From NCBI GenBank assembly GCA_028066245.1, contig JALCBR010000001.1, positions 24,184 through 88,183 on the forward strand: 64,000 nucleotides of DNA, in the 5' to 3' direction. Below, in pieces: positions 7,960-16,194 of the stretch. The stretch's first letter is position 1. Every line of letters begins with the position of its first letter. A program made the position numbers and the translations under genes. Under the pieces are notes generated by a model. That model did not search any database. It saw nothing but the letters and a program-made list of their open reading frames with translations, and had not been told where the DNA came from. Source of the DNA: Pirellulales bacterium (GTDB taxonomy: Bacteria; Planctomycetota; Planctomycetia; Pirellulales; S012-138).

Positions 7960-8895
7960 CTAATGACCCGGCCGAGAGACTGACTCGCCGGGAAGAAAGC
8001 GTGAGCGGCCGTCTCGCTGCAAGAAATCGCGAATCGGACTGTGCTCGCGAATGCGAACAGATGCCGCTGAATCTTCAAAGACGCCTGCACCGGGACTCGA
8101 GAATTTCACATTCACCAGCCCCAGGTGGGCAATCTCCAGATCAAACTCCGGGTGAATCGCTTGGAAAGGAAGCTTGTACCGCGGAGGACCGCCAATAAAC
8201 TCCTCTGCATGAACAGGAACGGTCCAGCGGCCCAGTTGGCGGACGGTGCTGTTGGATGTCACTTTGGAGTTTTGTGCAGCGTACAGCGTCACTTCCAGCG
8301 TGCCAGAAGCCGGCATGAACCACCCTTGTTCCGAAGTTGGGTACAGAGTCACCAGCAAACCATCCGGTTCAACGTCTGCATCCCAACGACCGAGGCTAAC
8401 ATCAGTACTGATGGAGGCCACGCGCGGAGCCGTGCCCAACACGTGCTCTGCCAACTCTGCATGTGAAGGGCCAGCGTTGGCGGCCTGTGGTTTGCCGGCC
8501 ATGCCATGATCGGGACTCAATTCCCAGATGTTGTATTCAGCAGCCGCAAAGTCGCTGATGTTCGCCTGAAAGTCTTCTACCGGCACCGACACTCCATCCA
8601 CTCGTGCTTCTGCCACCCGACTCCAATCGACAGGGCGGAGCACTTTCATGCTTCGACCCTGGAATCGAAGCCAAAGCCGGTGTTCATCGCTGCGGGGATC
8701 CGCGACGCCCGTGAACTCTCGGCCGCTTTCCAGACGAATAAAAACGGAAGGACCTTGAGGTGATGCAAATCCGGTTAATTCTTCGTCGGTTGGTTGTGCT
8801 GACGCGGTTTGACCAATGAAAACGAAAGCACTGACAAGGATGAGCGGCAAGGCCAGCAATCGTCGGTTAGATTTGGGCGAGGCGTGGCTGTTCAT
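7960..8895 (-). CDS. secreted hypothetical protein
   Basis: ATG at 8895 has a GGAGA motif upstream. Signal-like N-terminus is RRLLALPLILVSAFVFIGQTASA. I recognise no family motif. Confidence 0.6.
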   Translation of the reverse strand: MNSHASPKSNRRLLALPLILVSAFVFIGQTASAQPTDEELTGFASPQGPSVFIRLESGREFTGVADPRSDEHRLWLRFQGRSMKVLRPVDWSRVAEARVDGVSVPVEDFQANISDFAAAEYNIWELSPDHGMAGKPQAANAGPSHAELAEHVLGTAPRVASISTDVSLGRWDADVEPDGLLVTLYPTSEQGWFMPASGTLEVTLYAAQNSKVTSNSTVRQLGRWTVPVHAEEFIGGPPRYKLPFQAIHPEFDLEIAHLGLVNVKFSSPGAGVFEDSAASVRIREHSPIRDFLQRDGRSRFLPGESVSRPGH

Positions 8896-9385
8896 CTCAA
8901 TTCTCCGGCGGGGCCAAGTGGTTTGATGTCCAGTAAAGCAAGCCCCATGCCCAAAGCTGCACGGCCAACGAGCGGGTTTTCGCAAGTTGTTTTATTTCAA
9001 TACCTTACGTCTCTTTGCTTTGGGTGCGACAACTGAATGAGCGCCGAGTTTCGTCACCCTCTGCTGTTGCCGATTTGCCACAAATAACCACACAAGGCGC
9101 TCTTACTAAGCGTGATGCTTCGAACAAATGAGTGGTGCTAACGCGCCCAAGGGCGAAATTGGCCCTTTCATGGTGATTTGCCGATCAATCAACAGGCCAC
9201 CCTTGGGTGTAGCGATAGCAGCCGGCTTGGTGACTCCGAAGGTGATTTCCAAACCGTGGTACGAATAGTCGCATTTTGCGAGCTGTGCGAGATTCACGCC
9301 CGTGTATGGCTCGAACTGGAAATGCCACGAAGCTTTTCAGCGGTGTGGTGGGTGTCCAGAATCTCTGATTCCTTGGGAGTGTCTT

Positions 9386-9781
9386 ATGCGATTTCTCTCC
9401 GCTCGTGTCTTGGGATTTGCATTCATCAGCGGTCTCACCGCGTGTGCCATGTTTTGGCCAGGTTCTTTATCTGGCTCGCCGCAGGGTATGCAGCAGTCTC
9501 CACCGGGCCAAAACCGGGGCAGATACAACCCCAACTATCGCGAAGGCAAGAGTGTTGAAGGCTTGCGAGGGTCGATTCGAGTGGTGCAATCCCGGTACGT
9601 GCTGTTCCCAGAAGAAGGAGCTTTTCGCTTTGTCTTATTGGAGAACCTCAACTTAGAACGTATCGCCAGGGCGATGGCGGAGACAACCGGTGACGTGCGG
9701 TGGGAGATTGACGCGGAGGTTACGGAGTTTGGCGGGGCGAGCTATCTGCTGGTACAACGTGCGCAGTTGATTGGAGGCTGA
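9386..9781 (+). CDS. small secreted hypothetical protein
   Basis: ATG at 9386 is preceded by GGGAG. Signal peptide-like segment is MRFLSARVLGFAFISGLTACA. Confidence 0.5.
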   Translation: MRFLSARVLGFAFISGLTACAMFWPGSLSGSPQGMQQSPPGQNRGRYNPNYREGKSVEGLRGSIRVVQSRYVLFPEEGAFRFVLLENLNLERIARAMAETTGDVRWEIDAEVTEFGGASYLLVQRAQLIGG

Positions 9782-9951
9782 GTCAGGCGAAGCAACCGGG
9801 ATCAAGACCGCCAGAATGAAAACGCTCTCTCCATCTTGCCAAAGTGCCAACGATGGGGGATTCTTCCCCTTGGCGCGCCGCCAGAATTCTCCGTAGGAGA
9901 TCAGGCGGCGACAGCCGATCCGGTTTGATCCTGAACACGCACAAGCTCTCC

Positions 9952-11160
9952 ATGGCAAAGAAGAAGACCAGCCGCTCTGCTCGTTCGAATTCCCGTACGA
10001 AGGCAACGGCGGTGTCCAGCACCGCGACCGAGAACGGCGCCAAGAAAAAGCGCCCTCGCTTGACCAGCGCCGCCGACAAGAAGACACGCAAAGCGCTGGT
10101 TGGTCTGGCGGATGAAGTCGTCAAGTTCGCGGACCGCAAGCGCGAGCCCTACGTGGATGTTCCGGCTCGTTCACTTTCCAACGTCAAGTACAACAAGTCG
10201 CGCAAGATTTTGGAGATGGGCCGCAACACCAATCGGCGGCAGTTGTTCAACCTCTCCCAGGCGCGGGGGTATATGCAGACCATGCTGGTTGCTAGCGGCT
10301 GCACACAGCTACTGGATGAAGGAAAGACGACCAGCATCCGGGGTTTGTACTACCTGCTCAAACACACTATCGAAGGCGCGAAGGAAGAAACCTTCGGTGA
10401 GCAATCCGAGTGCGACCCGATCATTGAAGACATGGAAGTACTGCTGGGTTCGCTCCGGGAGGAGTTGCACCTGTATGCCCAAAAGAAAGGGGATATGGTC
10501 GGCGAGATCACGCTAGTCGACAAAGGGGATGAGATTGATTGCTCTCGCATGGGGTCAGGCGGGTATGGCATTCCGTCCATCGTTGAGCCTGAAGCCATCC
10601 GCTTCAAGAAGTGCAAAGCCAAGTTCATTTTGCATGTCGAAAAAGATACCGTCTGGCAACGGTTCAATGAGGATAAGTTCTGGCGGAAGCACAACTGCAT
10701 TCTCACTCACGGAGGAGGGCAACCCCCGCGGGGCGTCCGCCGGCTGCTGCATCGAATGCACAATGAACTGAAGCTGCCTGTCTATTGCTTGTTGGATAAC
10801 GATCCCTGGGGCTACTACATCTATTCCGTCATTAAGCAGGGTTCCATCAACTTGGCGTACGAGTCGAGGCGGATGGCCATCCCTGAAGCTCGCTATTTGG
10901 GACTCCGTAGCACGGACTTTGAACGTTGCCAACTATCGGACAGCGTGATTATCCGCCTCAACGATACCGACCGCCGCAGGGCAAAGCAGATTGCCAACTA
11001 TGATTGGTTCAAGCCCAAACGGCCCTGGCAAAAGGAGATTGCCAAGATGTTGGACAATGACTTCAAGCTGGAAGTGGAAGCTCTGATTTCCAAGGACATC
11101 AGCTACGTCTCGGAAGAGTACGTCCCCAGCCGCCTGGCCGACCGTGACTGGCTGGATTGA
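9952..11160 (+). CDS. top6A: DNA topoisomerase VI subunit A / Spo11-type protein (5Y-CAP + Toprim) with a Lys/Arg-rich N-terminal tail
   Basis: A catalytic-Tyr context (TSIRGLYYLLKH), a Toprim Glu (FILHVEKDTVWQRF) and a DxD motif (CLLDNDPWGYYIY) are present. ATG at 9952 (MAKKKTSRSARS..). Confidence 0.8.
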   Translation: MAKKKTSRSARSNSRTKATAVSSTATENGAKKKRPRLTSAADKKTRKALVGLADEVVKFADRKREPYVDVPARSLSNVKYNKSRKILEMGRNTNRRQLFNLSQARGYMQTMLVASGCTQLLDEGKTTSIRGLYYLLKHTIEGAKEETFGEQSECDPIIEDMEVLLGSLREELHLYAQKKGDMVGEITLVDKGDEIDCSRMGSGGYGIPSIVEPEAIRFKKCKAKFILHVEKDTVWQRFNEDKFWRKHNCILTHGGGQPPRGVRRLLHRMHNELKLPVYCLLDNDPWGYYIYSVIKQGSINLAYESRRMAIPEARYLGLRSTDFERCQLSDSVIIRLNDTDRRRAKQIANYDWFKPKRPWQKEIAKMLDNDFKLEVEALISKDISYVSEEYVPSRLADRDWLD

Positions 11161-11171
11161 GAACGCGGCAT

Positions 11172-11189
11172 GAGTGCATAGTTGCACTC
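11172..11189. terminator. short hairpin between convergent top6A and the NADAR gene
   Basis: GAGTGCA-tagt-TGCACTC (7-bp stem) lies 12 nt after the top6A stop. There is no clear U-tract. Confidence 0.3.
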
Positions 11190-11219
11190 GGTGGCACAGG
11201 CACCACTCTGTGCGCAGCG

Positions 11220-11699
11220 TCACTGGTTGCCGGAGTCTCTTTGCTCGATCTCTCGATCACGCAAAGAATCTCGTACTTCCATTAAGATACGGCCGAGCAT
11301 ATTCTTGCCGCTGCCATCTCCGCCGTCGCCCCAATAGGAATCGTTGGCTGTATTCTCGATTAACTTCGCATCGCCGGTGTTAAGCAATAGCAACCGTAAT
11401 TCGCTGTGCTGGCTGAACTTCGCCGCTACTACGTCCCGCATCACGTTGACCTTGGCAGACTCCCAATCGCGACGCAACTTCTTCTTTCTATCCCGCCCGA
11501 GTCGCGCAGCAATCATGGGCGACTTCGCTTTGCGGATCTTCTCTTGGTGAATTGGGTCTTTGAACTTTTGAGCCTGAAAATAGTGTTCCGAAGTCGGCCA
11601 GCGTTTCCCCTGGAGCATGATTGGGAATGCAGCAAAGTTGGAGAATTCTCCGTACTCGTCACTTACGCTGTAGAAACAGATCATCTGTCGGTCCGGCAT
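11220..11699 (-). CDS. NADAR (YbiA/DUF1768) family protein
   Basis: Motifs EFSNFA, WPTSEHYFQAQKF and NDSYWGDGGDGSGKNMLGRILMEVR are present. ATG at 11699. Confidence 0.8.
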   Translation of the reverse strand: MPDRQMICFYSVSDEYGEFSNFAAFPIMLQGKRWPTSEHYFQAQKFKDPIHQEKIRKAKSPMIAARLGRDRKKKLRRDWESAKVNVMRDVVAAKFSQHSELRLLLLNTGDAKLIENTANDSYWGDGGDGSGKNMLGRILMEVRDSLRDREIEQRDSGNQ

Positions 11700-11948
11700 G
11701 GTTCGACCCTTGGGTGTCTTTCTAGCTAATGGCTCATTCAAGAGACATGCATGCTGCCGGAAGGTTCGTACGGGAAGGTAACTGTCGGCACAAACGACCT
11801 GTCCACACGCAAGCATGAATGCGAAATCCGTCGCCGCCGCGACGCTCGGTCATGGAAACATAAATCTAACGAAACTAATAGGAACTCCGCTGCAGACGTT
11901 TCTCGTGGCGTGCCTATCCGGCACTCTTTCTGTGGTGCGGAGTAAGGG

Positions 11949-12527
11949 TTATCGGCATCTCTGCCCGTTCTCCTCTAACCGCTGCAACATCCTCTCCACA
12001 ACGTCTTCCACGAAGAACAAGCTTCCGTGGCCTGGCGAGACGAAACCCTTGGCCATGGCGTGTTCGATCATGCCGACCAGTGGATTGAAGTAGCCCAGCG
12101 TGTTTAGCAGGCCGATCGGCTTGCGGTGAAAGCCGAGTTGCGACCAAGTAATGGACTCGAACAGTTCGTCCAGCGTGCCGAAGCCGCCTGGCAGGGCGAT
12201 CACAGCGTCAGCCAGGTGATCCATGATGGCTTTGCGTTCGTGCATGCCGGAGACCACATGCAATTTGGTGGCGCCAGGGTGCAGAAGTTCTTTGGTGGCC
12301 AGGCTTTGTGGGATGACGCCGATCACCTCTCCGTCGGCGGCCAGCGCCGCATCGGCCAGTTGGCCCATTAGTCCCACCTGCCCTCCGCCGAAAATCAACG
12401 TGCGACCGCTTTCCGCCAGTCTCCGGCCCAACTCCTGCGCGCTCCGGGCGTACTCCGGACAATCTCCAGCCATCGATCCGCAGAAGACACACACATTCCG
12501 CACGGCAGGTCGGTTAGCTTTCTCCAT
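11949..12527 (-). CDS. LOG family protein (cytokinin riboside 5'-monophosphate phosphoribohydrolase-like, TIGR00730-type)
   Basis: Motifs VCVFCGS, IFGGGQVGLMG and the LOG signature LPGGFGTLDELFE are present. Confidence 0.85.
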   Translation of the reverse strand: MEKANRPAVRNVCVFCGSMAGDCPEYARSAQELGRRLAESGRTLIFGGGQVGLMGQLADAALAADGEVIGVIPQSLATKELLHPGATKLHVVSGMHERKAIMDHLADAVIALPGGFGTLDELFESITWSQLGFHRKPIGLLNTLGYFNPLVGMIEHAMAKGFVSPGHGSLFFVEDVVERMLQRLEENGQRCR

Positions 12528-12773
12528 TCCGGATTGATTCTCTTAGGCGGTGGCTGTTCTCGACTGTTGATTTTTCAAAATACATCTTCTCTGGTGCACA
12601 GCTTGCCGTCTAGTTTCAGGGCAAGAGGACAAAGCCAGGGAATGAGAGGTGGGAACTGTGGTCGCGAGCGAGCGTGCACGCCATCGTTCTATCTCTTTCC
12701 TTTGTCTCATTCCAAGGATCCTTCCTCTAGTCTTTCACTGCTTCTTAAGGCCCAATCGAGCAACCTTCCCACC

Positions 12774-13361
12774 ATGTCTCTTCGCAATCGTGTGATTGAA
12801 CTTCGTCGCGTTCCAGCGGCCGAATTGCGTGCCAACCCGCGGAACTGGCGGACTCATCCGCCGGGACAGCGGTCAGCCTTGCAGGGTATTTTGTCCGAGA
12901 TCGGTTTTGCTGGGGCGCTGATTGCCCGTGAGTTGGAACACGGGGCGCTGGAGCTTGTGGACGGACATCTCCGTGCCGAGACGGCTGCCCCGGATGACGT
13001 GTTGCCAGTCCTTGTGTTGGACCTTAACGAGAGCGAAGCGGACACGCTGCTTGCCGTGCTTGATCCTATTGCCGGTATGGCGACGCGAGACGACGATCTG
13101 CTCGCCGCCTTGCTGGAACGAGTTGAAACGGAAGATCGGCAGGTGCAGGCGTTACTCGATCAGATTAGACAGGGTGAATCGTCAATCGCTGGACTTCAAT
13201 CTCAGGGGCAGACTTCATCGGACAGCGTGCCCAGTTTGCGCATCGTACCGGTGCCGGAATCATTCCAGCTGCTTGTTGACTGCCGCGACGAGGATGATCA
13301 GCGCGAGCTGGACGCCCGCCTCACTGAGGAAGGATACAAGTGTCGGGTGTTGACGTTGTGA
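12774..13361 (+). CDS. short ParB/Srx-fold (ParB N-terminal domain-like) protein
   Basis: LRANPRNWRTHP.. and LVDGHLRAE match the ParB-N pattern (..NPRN.R.. / DG.HR). At 195 aa there is no recognisable HTH or dimerisation domain. The small C-terminal unit is LLVDCRDEDDQRELDARLTEEGYKCRV. Confidence 0.7.
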   Translation: MSLRNRVIELRRVPAAELRANPRNWRTHPPGQRSALQGILSEIGFAGALIARELEHGALELVDGHLRAETAAPDDVLPVLVLDLNESEADTLLAVLDPIAGMATRDDDLLAALLERVETEDRQVQALLDQIRQGESSIAGLQSQGQTSSDSVPSLRIVPVPESFQLLVDCRDEDDQRELDARLTEEGYKCRVLTL

Positions 13362-13540
13362 CAATGCGAAGAGGAAAGAGATAAGGGGCAGCCAGGCGTT
13401 GGAAGAAGTCGTGTACTTGGATTCTCTGGTCGACAGTCGCTCGCCTTAGCTAACTTCGGATCTCTTGGCGACTTCCCGTCTCCGGTACTTCATCCTGGTC
13501 TCTAATTCGATACCTCTCATCTTTCGTTCTATTACCTTTC

Positions 13541-14668
13541 ATGAACCTTAGCTTCACGGCACAAACACCGATCATCGAGAGTTTTCGCGTTCGCCAAACG
13601 CGAGGGCTATTCGACTTGCCGGAGGAGAGAACGGCGAAGGTCGAGTTTCAAGCTGAGTTGCCGGAAACAAGCGATGATTGGCAGATCGGCGCGATTGTCG
13701 GTCCCTCCGGCAGCGGCAAATCGACGGTCGCCCGTACTGCGTATGGCGAAAGTATCGTTGCACGGCAGGAGTGGCCAACGGATCGCGCGGTGATTGACGC
13801 GCTGCCGAAGGGTCCCATCAAGCACGTGACCGGCATGTTGTCATCTGTCGGGTTTTCCAGTCCGCCTGGCTGGCTCAAGCCCTATCACGTGCTATCTACC
13901 GGCGAGCAATTCCGTTGTGATTTGGCCGCTGCGGTTCTTTCTGACCAGATGTTAATCGTGTTTGACGAGTTTACCAGTGTCGTCGATCGCACCGCCGCAC
14001 AGATCGGTTCCGCCGCGGTGGCGCATGCAGTTCGCGAAGCGAACAAACGGCAGAAGCGAACCGACTTCCAGAAGTTTGTCGCTGTGACGTGTCATTATGA
14101 CGTGCTTCCCTGGTTGCAGCCTGACTGGGTGTTGGACATGGCCGACGGCACGCTCACGCGAGGACGTCTTCGGCGGCCTGACATCGAAATCACAATCCAT
14201 TCCGCGCGGCAGTCAGCTTGGTCCGCCTTTGCGCGTCATCACTATCTCAGCGGGAAGTTGAACCCCGCAGCGGTCTGCTACCTGGCCACTTGGCACGGCG
14301 AGCCGGTCGCCTTCTGTGGCGTACTCAACAGCATCGGGCACGTCGGGCTACGGCGAATCTCGCGGCTGGTGGTCCTGCCTGATTATCAAGGTGTCGGCAT
14401 TGGTGGACGTTTCATGGACGCGATCGGCGAGATCTACGCGGATGCTGGTGACCGCCTGCGAATCACCACCAGCCACCCGGCAATAATCGCCCGACTCCGC
14501 ACTTCATCCCAGTGGGTCGTCACGTCCATCCGCCGCGGCGGCAGCAATTGGGGAGCCTTTGCCAAACGAAAGAAGATCCACAGCACGTCGTTCGGTAGAA
14601 CCGTGGTCTCGGCGGAGTACGTAGCAGGCGCGAAGGAGATGGCAAAGGGAGAAGCGACAAGAGGCTAG
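13541..14668 (+). CDS. ABC-type ATPase domain fused to a C-terminal GNAT acetyltransferase-like domain
   Basis: ABC motifs present are Walker A GPSGSGKS (aa 54-61), signature-like LSTGEQ (118-123), Walker B LIVFDEF (138-144) and H-loop TCH (183-185). The GNAT motif-A-like segment is RISRLVVLPDYQGVGIGGRFMD. There are no TM segments and no permease gene nearby. Confidence 0.75.
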   Translation: MNLSFTAQTPIIESFRVRQTRGLFDLPEERTAKVEFQAELPETSDDWQIGAIVGPSGSGKSTVARTAYGESIVARQEWPTDRAVIDALPKGPIKHVTGMLSSVGFSSPPGWLKPYHVLSTGEQFRCDLAAAVLSDQMLIVFDEFTSVVDRTAAQIGSAAVAHAVREANKRQKRTDFQKFVAVTCHYDVLPWLQPDWVLDMADGTLTRGRLRRPDIEITIHSARQSAWSAFARHHYLSGKLNPAAVCYLATWHGEPVAFCGVLNSIGHVGLRRISRLVVLPDYQGVGIGGRFMDAIGEIYADAGDRLRITTSHPAIIARLRTSSQWVVTSIRRGGSNWGAFAKRKKIHSTSFGRTVVSAEYVAGAKEMAKGEATRG

Positions 14669-14715
14669 AGGAGCGAGATAGGAGAAAAGCGGGCAGGCGC
14701 CCTTTCCGCCATACC

Positions 14716-15447
14716 TCAACCCCGGTCCTGGCTGTCATCCACCTGGCCGACGGAGTCTTCATTTGCTGAACGCAGCGCGTGCGAGAACTCTTCCAACGAG
14801 ATCGCCCCGTCGGAGTCGATGTCGAGGTGGTTGAAAGCCTTGCGCATTTGGTCAGGAGCCTCGGCAAGGCTGATCTGCCCGTCGTGATCCTTGTCGAACT
14901 CGGCAAAGAGCACGGCGATTTCTCTCGCGGCCCGATCTTCATGAGCGAGCGCCTCCACGGCCAACTGCCCAGCAGTTTGCAATTCTCCAGCAGAAACGCC
15001 GCCATCACCATCAGCATCCAGCGTGAGGATCCTCTCCGAGGCGATTGCGATCTCCGCAGCGGAGAGCGCTCCGTCTCGATCGATATCCAGCACGAACAGG
15101 AATGCCGCGGCGGTTGGGTTCTGTTCTTGCTCGACAGGATTGCCCGTCAGGCTCAATCGCCGCACTGAAAGGTATTCCGCACGCGTCACACGGCCATCAC
15201 CGTCCTGGTCAGCAGCTTGGCGAAGTTGCCGAAAGAACTGGGCTCGACTTTCGGTCGTCGCTTCGGCCTCCGTCAGCACTCCATCCTTGTTTGCATCCAG
15301 GGCAGTAAACACGTCGGAGCGCGTCTGCCGGGGCGTCTTGTTATCGCCAGAGCTGGGCAGATCTTGCTCCCACTGAACTCCCCATGCGACAGTCACCAAC
15401 ATAGACACAATGGTTGTCGTTATGGCAAAGTTGAAGAACGCGCGCAT
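14716..15447 (-). CDS. secreted/anchored EF-hand calcium-binding protein (six EF-hand loops)
   Basis: Six loops are present: DANKDGVLTEAE, DQDGDGRVTRAE, DIDRDGALSAAE, DADGDGGVSAGE, DKDHDGQISLAE and DIDSDGAISLEE. N-terminal hydrophobic segment follows the ATG at 15447. Confidence 0.75.
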   Translation of the reverse strand: MRAFFNFAITTTIVSMLVTVAWGVQWEQDLPSSGDNKTPRQTRSDVFTALDANKDGVLTEAEATTESRAQFFRQLRQAADQDGDGRVTRAEYLSVRRLSLTGNPVEQEQNPTAAAFLFVLDIDRDGALSAAEIAIASERILTLDADGDGGVSAGELQTAGQLAVEALAHEDRAAREIAVLFAEFDKDHDGQISLAEAPDQMRKAFNHLDIDSDGAISLEEFSHALRSANEDSVGQVDDSQDRG

Positions 15448-15600
15448 AGCAATCTCAATGTTCGAGAATGAATCTGCGCCAGGAGATCCTGGCTTCTTCC
15501 GAGTGTACGTCACTGACAGACACATCGTAGTCTGGCAATGCCGATTGAGACTCCTGCGGGGGTGCTATGATCGTCATAATCCGCAGTGCGAAGCAGCCTG

Positions 15601-16188
15601 TTAACCGGCGAAGTCGATTCGCCCTCCTTTTGCCAGCTCCAACGAGACGATCGCCAGCAGCAAGAATGCCATGACGTACGCAGCGTCAACGCTGACCCGC
15701 CCAGCAGCTTGGCCCAATCCAAAGTGCTGTATTTGCCGGCGGAACATCCACAATCCAGGCGGGGCGCTCAGGAGCCCAACCCCAACGACCCGCCAAGTGG
15801 GAATCCCGGCTAGCAGCAAGTCGTGGGCATCGCCGACATTCGCGAGAGCACCAGCGGCGAGATAGGTCCCATTGGCGAGGAGACAAAATCCGGCGAAGCA
15901 TCGCCACAGATATCCGCCGGGCAGCCGCAGAAATTCCCAAGTGGCATAACACACCAGCGGCGCAGCCATGCCAAAGAGTGAACCGCACCAAACAACGGAA
16001 ACTGGCGGGGGACGTTGCTCCAGTTGCGTTTGCGAGATCTTCAGTGGATGTAAGATCACATGCTTGACGTCCGCGCCCACGAACCAAGCTGCCAGCAGAT
16101 GGCCTGCCTCGTGGACGATCTGCATTCCCAGCCAAAACACGCCCAGGGTGCTGACGATCAACACAAGCTGCGGCATCCGCTGCTTCAT
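15601..16188 (-). CDS. polytopic membrane protein with an HExxH motif (putative M50/M79-like intramembrane metalloprotease)
   Basis: HEAGH sits inside the first hydrophobic helix (MQIVHEAGHLLAAWF), and there are about 5 hydrophobic segments. The start lies 6 nt after the stop of the upstream gene. Confidence 0.55.
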   Translation of the reverse strand: MKQRMPQLVLIVSTLGVFWLGMQIVHEAGHLLAAWFVGADVKHVILHPLKISQTQLEQRPPPVSVVWCGSLFGMAAPLVCYATWEFLRLPGGYLWRCFAGFCLLANGTYLAAGALANVGDAHDLLLAGIPTWRVVGVGLLSAPPGLWMFRRQIQHFGLGQAAGRVSVDAAYVMAFLLLAIVSLELAKGGRIDFAG

Positions 16189-16194
16189 GGCGCG

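Noticed and set aside
9106-9297. A 63-aa minus-strand ORF in the intergenic region before the 9386 gene.
   Set aside because: It has no RBS, no recognisable motif and no hydrophobic segment. There is not enough evidence to call a gene.
11700-11948. A possible DarT-like toxin partner next to the NADAR gene.
   Set aside because: Only about 250 bp separate NADAR from LOG, with no ORF of adequate size. No DarT-like sequence is recognisable on either strand.
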